A DNA stretch of 64,000 bases, taken from NCBI RefSeq assembly GCF_006345805.1, contig NC_043015.1:46500001-46564000 (forward strand). Direction: 5' to 3'. The notes beneath the pieces were generated by a model. That model worked only from the letters and a program-made list of their open reading frames with translations. It was not told the DNA's origin and made no database searches. The stretch's first letter is position 1; each line of letters opens with the position of its first letter. A program made the translations under genes and the position numbers. Below, piece after piece: positions 11,669 through 24,287 of this stretch. Source of the DNA: Octopus sinensis. Lineage: Eukaryota.

Positions 11669-13359
11669 CTAAACAAAGGAAAACCAAGATAAACACTTTC
11701 GCTTTAATCTTTAATTTAAAACTAAATAGAATTCAATGTGAGGTATACTTGCCATCTGAATATGGCTAACCACTAAGGGTGGGTGTTACTGTAGCTTGTA
11801 GCCCCAGGAGAACATCATCTCCAGCTGGCTTTAGGCACACTTTCTGTGCCCTTATGGTATTTGCAAAGGGAGGTCATCCTTCCCTCGTCAACCTAAGTGA
11901 TATGCATGGACTGCAGTTTCTAGGTATTGACCTGTCTTCAGCGTACGACAATCACCGGTTTTCGATGAAAGGGGTCCCAATGCAAATATTTATATCGTTT
12001 TTCCAGTATTTATAAATAAAATTCAACACAACCATAAATCATCCACAACAAATTATGTGCAAAAATTACAATGTCCATTTGTTGAATATAATACTTTGAT
12101 TTCATATCTCAAACGATACAGACAGCTGTCACTTATAACTGGGTAACATGTACCATGGTTTTATTAATTGTTTTAGGTGCCAATGTAGTTGTAAGCGGGC
12201 ATAGATACTCTCCTGACCCAGTGGAACAGCAAGGATTTGACAGCTGGAGAAAGAGGGAGCTGCACCAGTACCAGGCTTCTATGAATTTTCAACTGAGTAG
12301 TCTGGAGCAGCATGATACAAAGTACTTTGTTTAACTCTTTAGCATTTAAGCCGACCATATCTGGTTCAAATATTCTACCTGTTTTATGTTCAAAGTGGCC
12401 AGATCCAGCTTTTCACACTTAACCTACAATACGACTCTAAAAAATAAACAAACACATCATCAAAATCTCAAAGCTACGAGAGATAATGCATGATTGATTC
12501 CAAACATGGTGGATAAATATGCATTACAATTGAGAGAGTAATCTGAATACAAAAGGGTTAAAGACACAAGGCACCACCTGATCCTGGAATTGAACTCACA
12601 ACATTATGATCATGAGCCAAACATCCTGACTACTCAGCCACATCCCTTTTTCCATGCTAGCATGAGTTAGATGAGTACATATTATTGAGGTATTGTTCTA
12701 CAGCTGGATGCCCTTCCTTTACAAATACTTTTTTTTTATTCTACCAGGCTTCCAAAGCACAAAACTAGCAGATGAATTACTGACAAGGAATATCATTAAA
12801 AAAAATAGCCAACAATTCTCGCAGACTCCTTCACCACACATTTTCTCTTCACAAAAAGTTAACTTTCCATATTTCAGTAATTATATACAAAGATTAAAAG
12901 AATTTTAAGAAAACATCATCATTATCATCGTTTAACGTCCGCTTTCCATGCTAGCATGGGTTGGACGGTTCGCCTGGGGTCTGGGAAGCCAGGAGGCTGC
13001 ACTAGGCTCCAGTCTGATCTGGCAGTATTTCTACAGCTGGATGCCCTTCCTAACACCAACCACTCCAAGAGTGTAGTGGGTGCTTTTTACATGCCACCGG
13101 CACAGTGGCCAGAGGAGGCTGGCAAACGGCCATGATCGGTTGGTGCTTTTTACATGTCACTAGCACAGACACCAGTCAAGGCGGTGCTGGCATCGGCCAT
13201 GTTCGGATGGTGCATTTTTACATGCCACCAGTACGGATATCACAACTACAATTTCCATCTGATTTTTATTTTGATGCTGATGTACTTGACTCAATAGGTC
13301 TCCTCAAGCACAGCAGGTCACCAGTTAAAACAAAATTAAACATTCTATTGACTACTCAC

Positions 13360-13613
13360 CAAATATCTGATATTTCTTTATGGTGTCGATCCAGTAAAGT
13401 TCTATTGAGTGGTAGTCGAGGCATTGTGGAGAGGTTTGGTTTCTCCCAGTGGTACCGACTATTTCTTTCTTTGTGAGGTTGCCACATCCGATACTCCTCT
13501 TTCGGATTGTGCATTTGACGTATTGGTTGAGGTATGAAGCCGCCTCGGCCAGGACTCCGTTTGAACCTATCTTCCTTAATGTGAGGCTCAATAATAGGGA
13601 TTACAGGTTCTTG
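13360..13613 (-). CDS. ZC3H13: ZC3H13 exon 13
   Basis: catttcag acceptor, gtgagt donor; QEPVIPIIEPHIKEDRFKRSPGRGG...; phase 0 to 2. Confidence 0.85.
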
Positions 13614-13872
13614 CTGAAATGAGGCAATATAGTCAGTGGTTATTTTTAAGACATTGTTACATGGCCCAAGCTTGGGGCGGGGAAAGAAAAGCAAAATATT
13701 CTGCCGTCACACTGTAACTATATTCTTTTTTATTTTATTTATTTCAGTCATTTGACTGCAGCCATGCTGGAGCACTGCCTTTAGTCGAACAAATCGACCC
13801 CAGAACCTATTCTTCGTAAGTCTAGTACTTATCCTACTGGTCTCTTTTGCTGAAGTGCTAAGTTACAGAGAC

Positions 13873-14190
13873 AGTGTTGGCGAATCTCAGGAAGCATGGA
13901 AATTTTGAAGGATGCAGTGCTCCGACAACTAACAATTGATGCCGGCAGTTTGTTCTATGCTTCAAGCATCAGTTGTTAGTTGTCGGAGTACTGCATCCTT
14001 CAAAACTTCCATGCTTCCTGAGATTCGCCAACACTACACCTGATTTTCTCCCCTCCATACACACGCAAGCATGTATCTGATACATACACTGTTCGCTTCC
14101 CAGACATTTGTAAATTAAAGCACATGCTTTATACGCACTTTTGACAAGTTGTGGTGCACGTGAGCACTGTATACAATAATTTCATTATTA
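13873..14190 (+). mobile_element. CR1-like LINE 3' end with 5' inverted duplication
   Basis: Colinear non-inverted copy at 37345-37650 encodes ...EAWNKLLASVVSCRST.SFK...RQHYT*; tail (att)n. Confidence 0.8.
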
Positions 14191-15326
14191 TATATGTATG
14201 GGCTCCATTTGTCTGTTTCAGCATGGATGCCCTTCTTAACACCAACCACTTTACAGAGTGTAGTGGCTGCTTTTACATAATACCAACACAGGTGCTCTAA
14301 CATAGCACCAGCATGGGTGCTTCTGTGTGGCAGCGGTATGGGTGCTTTTACATGGCACCAGCACCTATGAACCTGCAAGACTAGGCTGAGAGAGGGATGG
14401 TTGTAGAGGACCTGCCTGTATGCATGGGCAGTCATGATTTTACTTAGCTTGATGTGTCCTCTCAAATACAGCAAACTCCCAGAAGTCTCAGTCCCTTGTT
14501 ATCTCCTATGAGGCCCAACATCTAAAGATCTTCTCTAACCACTTTGTTCCATGTCTTCCTGAGTCTACCCCTTCCATACGTTCCCTCCTAAATTAGAGAT
14601 CAGCAAAGTTTACAAATATTTTTAACAGTAACTATAAGACAAAAATGGCATGTGTGTGTGTGTATACAATGGACTTGTGTACATTTTTCATTGACCAAAT
14701 TTCATGAGGCTTTGATTAGCCTGAGGAGGACACTTTCTGAAGATGCCCAAGTAATGGATTCTCACCCAGAACTATGTGGTTGCAAAACAAACCTCTGAAT
14801 CACACAGTCAGGCCACTGATTAATTAGACTTACTATAAATGCAGGATAACTGGATATAAACCCTGAAGCCATTAGGTTATGTGAAGGAGTTAAATAGTTA
14901 CTCTTAATTTATACTCCATAAACTAAAAAAACGGGAGCAAATACTCATATGAATGAAGAATAATTAGGCTTAAATGTCTAATGTGACACTTCTGCCTCCA
15001 CAAAAAGACTTGTAAATTGCTGGAGTTTTTGGGAAGGAGGGGTCCATTGTTTACAAAACATTTTCTTCTTCAACATATTTACTTTGATAATAACATCAAA
15101 TGTTTAAAATCAAGTCAAATATACATAAAGTATTAGGTTTAAATTTCTCTCCCTCTGAAGTAGAGAAAATTTTTCCCTATATATCCAAACACACAGCATC
15201 AATATGATACACAGTAATACACAACTGGAATGAAGATATTTAAAATTATGAGCAGAGGACCAGATTATTTTCTCTTTGTTCTTTTAGTGAGTTTGAGACA
15301 ATAGAGCAGAAGCTTTAAATGCTTAC

Positions 15327-15454
15327 CTGGGGTTCCTCAGGCCGATTCAAAATATCATCAGCAGACTCATCATCAGACCAATCACTGAAAGTGAGTTCTT
15401 GGTTCTGAGACGGTTGAGCTGAAGGCTTATCTTTCTCATCATGCGAAGCAGCTA
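15327..15454 (-). CDS. ZC3H13: ZC3H13 exon 12 (FSDWSDDE motif)
   Basis: tttctagTAG tandem acceptor, gtaagc donor; contains the SDWSD motif typical of ZC3H13/Flacc; phase 1 to 0. Confidence 0.9.
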
Positions 15455-15558
15455 CTAGAAATAAAAGCAGACATGTATGTGTAAGCTGATTTGAATCATA
15501 AACTCGGAATCGTTAAAGAAAAGAGAGGATAGTTATGATGCAGCTACAGTAATTAAAA

Positions 15559-15922
15559 TCTCTATATATATAAACGGCAAAATGTCTGTGTGCGTGTCCT
15601 TTATACAAATCCACAATTTTTCAGTTAGAGAGCTCGCACTTTCTATGGTCATTCAAAACTGTCCAAGGGTGGTCGTGCACATCTTTACATTTCTCCTGTC
15701 ACCCCGCAAAGCCATTAAAAAATCAATAGAAATGACTTTTTTGTGAATTTTCTATCCAAAATCCAATCAAAATGCCTGAAACTTGATATGCCAAATGAAT
15801 GCCAGCTAGCTGTATGTGATTGGTCGGAGATTTGGACAGTACTCGCGTGTACGTGCGCATGCATGCAGCTGTATATGCATGCACTAGCACTATGACTCGA
15901 CGTTGCCGGGTCATAGTGCTAG
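15559..15922 (+). mobile_element. Non-autonomous Helitron
   Basis: Inserted at A|T; 5' TC(TC)TATATATA start; subterminal hairpin; 3' CTAG end. Confidence 0.7.
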
Positions 15923-16603
15923 TGATAAATAAAAAGGTTTCACAACAATCAAACAGGCATGGTTATGTGGTCTGAACCATGTGGCTTTTGATTTGAGACC
16001 AATGTGTGGCATCTTGGGCAAGTGTATTCCACTATAGCCTCAAGACGACCAATAATCAATGAGTAAAATTTGGTAAACAGAAACTGCATGGAAGCCCCAT
16101 GCACACATGTGCCTGTGTCATTGAGAAATGAGTGTAACAAACAATAAATTCCGTAAGTTCAGTGTGTTGAACAAAAATTTCTTTGTGGTGTTTATTCTGC
16201 CTCAGTTGTACAGAGACTCCCTTCTCACTATCATTATCAGAAATGCAGTGAACCAGTGACTGGCTCTTTGGAAACTTATTATCAATGACACTAATGTTCA
16301 CAAATGAACAATATAATTCACACCTTAACAATAATACTGCCATCACCATCACCACCAGCTTCATCACAACCATCATTCACCCCACTACTAAAGCATTCTC
16401 TATTGTATGAGTCTTGGCTTACTTGTTGCTTAATTTTACTGACCATTCCCACTTAGTAACAAAGTCTACTTTCATTTTTTGAGAAAAAATGATGCCCCAC
16501 TGTGCAGCACCTTGGGTATCTTCTACCATTGCTCCCAGTTCAACCAAAGCATTGTGAGTGGATTTGGTAGATGGAAACTGAAAGAAACAACACAACTACA
16601 AAC

Positions 16604-16745
16604 CTTTTGGAGATACCCCATGACAAACACGCTTCTTATCTTTCCCGTCCAGAGATGGAGATTTCGATGAAGATCGCTTTCTTTTCTCTTTCTTCTTTGG
16701 TCTGAGCTTTCTCATCATCAGACCTTTTACATCATCATAGAGTAA
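16604..16745 (-). CDS. ZC3H13: ZC3H13 exon 11
   Basis: ttatacag acceptor, gtttgt donor; LLYDDVKGLMMRKLRPKKKEKRKRSSSKSP; phase 0 to 1. Confidence 0.82.
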
Positions 16746-17947
16746 CTGTATAAAAAAAACAACTAGTGAGTGAGGGGGGAAAAAGGTGAAAAGAAATTTT
16801 CCGGACAATAACTGTGTTATACATAGTAAAGATCGATATATTCTTAAGTATAAGGGTAAAAAAACTGATGCTTAGCTCTGAATTCATGAACATTAAGCAG
16901 ATGACGAACAAATCTCTTAAGACAGGACATCTGCTTATCAACAAATAACATTCTAATAAGATTAGGTAGTTATTGCCCTTTAAATAAAGAAACACACAAC
17001 TGTCTCTTAGAGATACACTTAAATGTTTTACAGAGATTCACTCAAATGTCTTACGTAGAAATACTTTTAAGGGTCCTTCCCAAAGATGCATTTAAATGTC
17101 CTATCCAGAGGACTAGAGGATAAACTTAAATGTCTTACTAAGTGATACCCTAAAGTGTCCCACCTAGCAATACTCCTATGCATCCCACCCAGAGATAAAT
17201 ACATCATATTCAAAGGAATTCATCCTTACAAACATCGAACATTCTATTAACTTCAGAATCAATGCTGTTTAGAATGGCTGTCAGAATTTACCAAATATCT
17301 CAGACTGACCACAAGTACAAGGCATGAAAGCAGAGTCTTTGTGTAAGAGTTTAGTCACTTGTCAATTAATTTTACAATGGTAGATGATAGATATTGACTA
17401 AGTAAAATCTAAATTTAAGAAATTTATTAGCACCATGCTCTTTGAAAACAAAGAAAATTTACAGATACTTTTGACTGCTCAAGTTATCCTTCTTTTTAAA
17501 CCTGTTTTTATAATTCAACGTGACAACTCTGTTACTCTTACAAACTCACTTTCAATAAGAACCTATCCATGATTAAAGTTTGGGATTGCAATATTATTAA
17601 TACTTTTTATTGCAAACAGTTCACAGGTAAATGTGTGTCATCCAAATACAAAAATTCTCATATCTAAATTCTGAAGTGCTTCATGAATGAAGCAAACGAA
17701 AAATAAGTGGAACTTATTATACAGATGTGTTGGGTTCTTTGGAAGAGAAATGAAGTTTTTGGCAATCAGCCATATCTGCAGGGGGGGGGGGGGGGGTGAA
17801 GAGTGAACAAATGAAATAATATTGCATTTTTAGCAGCAAAACTAGCCCAACTATCATTCTATGGCTGAGTGGTTGAAATTATAGAAAAATCTTTCTAAAT
17901 TTTAAGGTCCTGACAATATAGAAATGAGTGAGAGGTACTAAAAATAT

Positions 17948-18345
17948 TTAACTCTTTAGCGTTCAGATAACTCTTTCAAATGTAATGCTTAGTTTGTTTA
18001 TATTGTTTTGAATTAATCATGCATTATCTCATAGCTTCAAGAATTTGTTGATGTGATTGATTATTTTTAGAATGATATTGTAGAGTAGGTGTGAGAGGCC
18101 AGATCTCTTATAGAATATTTGGGCTGGATATGGCTGGTTTAACCCTTTAGTATTCAAACCAGTCATATCCACTCCAAATATTCTACCTGTTTTATGTTCA
18201 AATAAACTAGATCCACCCTTTCACACCTACCCTACAATGTTATTCTAAAAGTAAACAATAATATCACTGAAACACTGAAACCACAAGATAATACATGATT
18301 AATTCAAAGCAATGTGATAGAATAATCTAAATGCTAAATGGTTTT
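17948..18345. mobile_element. Two piggyBac-like (TTAA) MITE copies in inverted orientation
   Basis: ttaac(c/t)ctttag termini; same family at 12330-12562, 33188-33415, 45948-46175 and 56076-56284. Confidence 0.65.
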
Positions 18346-18710
18346 TAAAAAAGGTTCCAGTGGCACGTAAAAAGCACCATTTGATCGTGGCAGTTTGCCA
18401 GCCTCGCCTGGCCTCCGTGCCGGTGGCATGTAAAAAGCACCATCCGATCGTAGCCATTGTCAGCCTCGTCTGGCCTCCGTGCCAGTGGCACGTAAAAAGC
18501 ACCAACCGATCGTGGCCATTTGCCAGCCTCGTCTGGCACGTAAAAAGCACCCACTACACTCATGGAGTGGTTGACGTTAGGAAGGGCATCCAGCCATAGA
18601 AACATTGCCAGATCAGACTGGGCCTGGTGCAGCCTTCTGGCTTCCCAGACCCCAGTTGAAACCGTCCAACCCATGCCAGCATGGAAAGCGGATGCTAAAC
18701 GATGATGATG
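18345..18710 (+). mobile_element. Family A RTE-type 3' end (antisense to the gene)
   Basis: Reverse orientation of the 7186-type repeat; tail gatgatgatg at 18700. Confidence 0.8.
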
Positions 18711-18765
18711 TGGTAAGAACAAACACCAATATTTACAAGTATTATTTATATTTGATAGTGTTTAG

Positions 18766-19090
18766 CAGTGTTTCTCAACTATTTTTTTTTTTATCTATGG
18801 ATCCCTTTGATTATTATTTTATTCTGGTGGACCCCCATAGCCATTCAATGTTTAAAAACTAGTTTTATAGAAACTTCTTCCAAAATTCCTATTTTGTTAT
18901 TTACTCATTAACTTGTGTTGGTTGAAGTATGAAAATGTTAGAGAAAAAAAACCTAGCTGTTTCTTGCATTACATACATTTAGATTAAAACTTTTCACGGA
19001 CCCTTAAAATACTACTGTGGGCCCAAATTTACCATTTCACTAGTGTGGACCCTACAAAAGTCTTATATGGACACCAGTTGAGAACCACTG
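18766..19090. mobile_element. hAT-type MITE
   Basis: TIR cagtgtttctcaact/agttgagaaccactg; TSD gtgt(t/a)tag. Confidence 0.8.
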
Positions 19091-19229
19091 GTGTATAGTA
19101 TTTCCATATAAACATCAGCAAAAACATCCAAATGAACATTATTAACAAGATAGAAATGGCATCTACAATTTATTTCAAACAGTCATGAATGATCGAATGA
19201 TTAAAGAGTAAAGATATAAAACATCTTAC

Positions 19230-19620
19230 CGGATTATCAACATCCTTAGGCTTCTCAGGGTCCTTAACTTTCAACCTGTCTGCTTCTTTATCTAAGAACT
19301 CTTTCTCTCTCATACCCCTACCAGGATCCCACTCTTTGCCTCTTTTCTTGTCAAGAATATGTTTGGGAAGTGGAGATCTTTGTCTGGCTCCGGGCCAAGG
19401 GCTACCATCAGGAAGAGGCCCTTCCTTTTCTCTCAACAAATCATTTTGATTTGGAGGCCACCGGTTATGAATCCATTCTCGGTTTACAGGTGGATCTGGG
19501 CGATGTTCCCCAACACTGCTGTGGCTGTGGAAAGACTCTACTGGTGATGTATCTCTGTGATGCTTCAATGAAGGTGACCGAGACCGAGCCTGGTCAGGTT
19601 CTTGATCTCTAGGGCGCTTT
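19230..19620 (-). CDS. ZC3H13: ZC3H13 exon 10
   Basis: tttacag acceptor, gtaaga donor; RKRPRDQEPDQARSRSPS...DVDNP; phase 2 to 0. Confidence 0.9.
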
Positions 19621-20540
19621 CTGTAAAGGTAAATAAAACAATAATCAGTAGAGCACAAGGCCTTGGATTTATAGAGCAACAAAAATGAGACTAGGTGATG
19701 CTGATGGCTTTATGGATACTGTTTATATTAGTTGGACTGTTGTCCTCATCTTGATAGTACTTTCACTGTTTCAGTTGTTATACAAACCAGCCTTTTTCAG
19801 GTGTTTTGTATTCATCATCATCATCATTGTTTAACGTCCGTTTTCCATGCTAGCATGGATTGGACGGTTTTGACTGAGGCTGGGGAACCAGATGGCTGCA
19901 CCAGGCTCCAGTCTTGATCTGGCAGAGTTTCTACAGCTGGATGCCCTTCATAACACCAACCACTCTGAGAGTGTAGTGGGTGCTTTTTACGTGCCACCTG
20001 CATGGGGGCCAGTCAGGCGGTACTGGCAATGACCTTGCTCGAACCCTTTATTTGATCTCCAGGGGCACACTGCTCTCATTCTGCTCTCTGCGTTTTGTGA
20101 CATTTTTTTGCTTCAGTTGAATCATGTGAATTACATTAGTGCCTTACCTGAGATTGAACTCAGAGCATCTAGGTGTCTGCACTGCATTAACCAATGTCTT
20201 CATCTATGAGCAGAGCACAGTAGATAAAGACATTGGTTAATGCAGTGCAGTCATTTAGAGGTTCTGAGTTCAATTCCAGGTAAGGCACTAAGGTAATTCA
20301 TGTAACTGAACTAAAGCAAAAAAAAAAAATGTTACAAAATGCAGAGAGCCGAATAAGAGCAGTGTACCCCTGTAGATCAAATAAATGTTTAAAGGGTTAA
20401 ATTCGAAATTCTGATACAACAACCAAGTTCAATGCAAGATACCTGAAGAAAACATAGTGAAAGCAACACTCAAGATGAGGCATTAGTCTGACTACTATAA
20501 ACAGCAAACATAATATAAATTCTTCATCTCAGAAATATAG

Positions 20541-20686
20541 GGCAATCCTTCAGTATAGGTACCGTAAGTGGCTTTGTTTACATTTCTGAAGAAAACAGAA
20601 ACTCTTTACTCCCACCCTAACCCCTTATATATATAAAAAAAAACACTTTCTTGAAATGTTTCCGGTACCTATACCGAAGTTACGCC
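20541..20686. mobile_element. MITE with GG..CC termini (Merlin-like)
   Basis: TIR ggc..cttcagtataggtaccg/cggtacctataccgaag..gcc; 8-bp TSD aaatatag (20533-20540, 20687-20694). Confidence 0.7.
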
Positions 20687-21304
20687 AAATATAGAATTGT
20701 TTTTCTCAAGGAAAATCAGTAGCACAAACTAAATGAAATGGTTTCAACTATGAACTGAGTAAGAGTTTTAGAATCAGCCTGGCAGGAGGTTATATTTACC
20801 GACATATTACAATGCAAAAGTAAGCCTTAGAAAGAAAAATTTCTTTAAAACAAAAAAAAAAAAAATCAACATTATTGTTTCTTAACCCTTTTGTTGTCAC
20901 ATTTCTATAAAAAAAAAAACACTGCATTTGTTTTTGTTAATTTTGAAAATAATGAAGAATTTAGTAAAATAACTTCAATTAATAAACATATTGGTCTTCA
21001 GAGCATAAATTAGCAAGCAATTTTGATGAAAATTTTTGATTAAGAATTTTTTTTTGTGTATGTATTTGTGTAAGTACTATGTTTATTTTTTGTGTGTATA
21101 TGTATGTGTTCATGTGTGTATGTATATTTGTATATGTTTATGTGCATGTATGTATATTTGTGTATGTATGTATGAGTATACACAGATACACATATATATA
21201 CAGTACTTACACAAATATACATACATAAAAATGTTATACGGAAATTGCCAAACAAACACCTTCATTATCATGATACTTTAACCAAAAGATTGCCAGATAA
21301 TTAC

Positions 21305-21716
21305 CTTCTGTCTAATCGTTCTTTCTCTCCAGGGGATACATTATGCTTGTCCAGCCTGTCCTCCAGCTTTGGTTCATCTTTACGCAACTCAGGCCTACGA
21401 GGCCCTTCACCAGGCTGTCTACTCTCCCAACGGTCAGTTCGCATGTCAATGCGGTCGGGTGTCATTAATAACCCGGTGCCCAGTTCCGGACGCCGATCAT
21501 ACAACTCCTCTGCATCTCTCCGTCCGTTTCTCCAGTCATCCCGACCGTCCGGTCGTCTCGTACGCCGCATATCTGGAATGTCATGTAGTTCCTGTCGAGG
21601 ATCATCATGACCTGGAAGACTCCTCTCGTTTCTGTGATCAGACCATTCTGGTGGCTCAGGACCGAAATAATCATCCCGGTGACGCTCCCATTCTGATCTC
21701 CTGCTAGGACGCTCTG
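21305..21716 (-). CDS. ZC3H13: ZC3H13 exon 9
   Basis: attccagCAG tandem acceptor, gtaatt donor; open through AERPSRRSEWERHRDD...RLDR; phase 1 to 2. Confidence 0.88.
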
Positions 21717-22935
21717 CTGGAATAGAAAATTTATCTAAAAAGCATATAAAAAAAAAACAAAAAAAAACATTTACTGTGGCTCAGAGAGGAGAAGCCAAAA
21801 GTAGTCAGACATGGAAATATACAAATAATATAGAACAATACAGCAGAAGGTTACAACATTTGAGGTGCTAGAAATGAAAATTAATAGAATACAGGCATGG
21901 TTGTGTGGCCACACAGTTCCAAATTTGTTCTCACTGTAGCTTCAGGTTATCCAATACCTTGTGAATGAGATTTCATCATCATCATCATCATCGTTTAGCG
22001 TCCGCTTTTCATGCTAGCATGGGTTGGACGGTTCAACTGGGGTCTGGGAAGCCAGAAGGCTGCACCAGGCCCAGTCTGATCTGGCAATGTTTCTACGGCT
22101 GGATGCCCTTCCTAACGCCAACCACTCCGTGAGTTTAGTGGGTGCTTTTTACATGCCACTGGCACAGGTGCCAGACGAGGCTGGCAAACGGCCACAATCG
22201 GATGGTGCTTTTTACGTGTCACCGGCACGGGGGCCAGGCAAGGCTGGCAACGGCCACGAACGGATGGTGCTTAAAGAAAAACTGTACAGATGTTTGTTGT
22301 ATATTAAGTGTGATACCTATGACTCAAGGTAAACACAGCCATTTAATAAATAAAGATCCATACAGTGAGTACCACACAAAATTACTGGAGTTGATGGAAT
22401 TGATAGAAAAAAAACCCTATGAAGGTAATATTCCTCCATTGACATAGTGACATAGAAGGCATCTGTGCTGGTGACACATAAATGGCACCCACACCAGTGA
22501 CATGTAAAAGGCCCTGGTGCCAGTGACATGTGAAAGGCCCAAAAATTTGAAACCATTAAAGCAGCGAGTTGGTGGAATCATTGGCAACTCGGAGAAGAAT
22601 ACTTAGTGGCATTTCTTGACTTTACATTCTGAGTTGAAATTCCACTGAGGTTGACTTTGCCTTTCATCCTTTCAGGATTGATGAAAAAGTACCAGTCATG
22701 CACTAGGGGGGGGGGTCAATGTAATCAACTACCCCCCCCCCCCTCACCAATCTCTCCCTATAGTAGAAAGGATTGTTAGTAATACACCAACATTTTAACA
22801 TTTACTCCCTCTGAACTTGTGAAATTAAAATAAACAGTGGCAGCTAATATTAAGTGGTAGATGGTTGTGTGCCTATACCTAAGAGAAAGTAAAAATGATA
22901 TTCAAAGATGAAAAAGAAATAAGTACAGAACTAAC

Positions 22936-22995
22936 CTCTACCAAGACCTGGAAGTCTGTCTTCAGGTGGTGGAACATACCCACGCCCACGATGTC
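22936..22995 (-). CDS. ZC3H13: ZC3H13 exon 8 (60 nt, symmetric)
   Basis: cttcaaag acceptor, gttagt donor; GHRGRGYVPPPEDRLPGLGR; phase 1 to 1. Confidence 0.75.
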
Positions 22996-24038
22996 CTTTG
23001 AAGAAAGAAATGACTTTTTTTTATTAAAGAAAAGAATTATAGTAAAAATAATGTTAAACAGTAACAAAAAAAAAAAACTTTAGACAAAGTCATTTCTGTA
23101 ATTAGTCTAAAAATAAGAGAATAAGGTGAACTTAAGAACAAAATATTCATCTCAGTAGATAGGAGGCTTATGTTATTATAGGTAACCTACAAGAAGAATT
23201 GAAATTAACTCTGCACCCTAACAAAATACTAAATTCAACACTAAATTCAAGGTTCTTACATACAGTAAGGTGAACCTGGTCACCAAGAATCAAGTGACTT
23301 GTTCATTGAGAAACACAATGTCGTCATCATTTAATGCCTGTTTTCCATAATGGCATGGGCTGGATAGTTTGACAGGAACTGACAAGGTAGAGGCCACACC
23401 TGGTTCCATAGTGTTTAGGTTTGGTTTCTACAGCTGGATGCCTTTCCTAACACCAACTACTTTACAGAATGTATTGGGTGCTTTTTATGTGGTGCCATCA
23501 CCAGTGCTTGTCAGAGACAAGATCTGAATAACTGACTTCTCAACTTAGCCATCTGCTTTAACACTGTATAAATCCTTCTAAATTCACATCTAAAAATAAC
23601 TGCTTGGTATAATTATTAGGCAATGAAACAGCCTTGACATGGTAGTTGGTTCTGCTAAAAGTCATAGTGTTCTCTCAAACCACACTTTACATCATCATCA
23701 TCATCGTTTAACGTCCACTTTCCATGCTAGCATGGGTTGGACGATTTTGACTGAGGGCTGGCAAACCAGAACTGCACCAGGCTCCAATCTTGATCTGGCA
23801 GAGTTTCTACAGCTGGATGCCCTTCCTAACACCAACCACTCCGAGAGTGTACAGTCTTTAAAAAACAAAAAGGTATACTGGATATCAATTAGTTGAGTGG
23901 CTCTTCTCTGGATACAGTCAATGATGTCTGTGTGCACAGTAGCAGCACTGTCCCAGATATGGGAGCAGCACTCCATTGTGAAAGAATGAAAGCTATCAGA
24001 AAGGGTTCACTCACACACATAAACAAAAGAAAACTTAC

Positions 24039-24173
24039 CACCAGCATCTGCTTGTCGTCCACGACTTCGTGGATTAACCCTTCCTCTTCCACGGCCACGG
24101 ATCTCCCACAACTCTGATGTAGGGTCACGGAATTCTGGAGGTAGACCACGGTCATATCCAAGGGGATCTTTAG
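24039..24173 (-). CDS. ZC3H13: ZC3H13 exon 7 (RG-rich)
   Basis: ctttccag acceptor, gtaagt donor; AKDPLGYDRGLPPE...RGRGRGR; phase 1 to 1. Confidence 0.85.
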
Positions 24174-24287
24174 CTGGAAAGAAAAACAGATTAAAAGTTA
24201 GAAACACATCATCCATGTATGTATGTATGTATATGTGCACATGCACATCCTGATCTGGAGGAAAAGAAATGTTGTTTATATAACTAC

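Noticed and set aside
18355-18550. Regularly spaced aaaaagcacc units resembling a CRISPR array
   Set aside because: The 'spacers' are similar to each other and are internal tandem units of family A; the context is eukaryotic and there are no cas genes.
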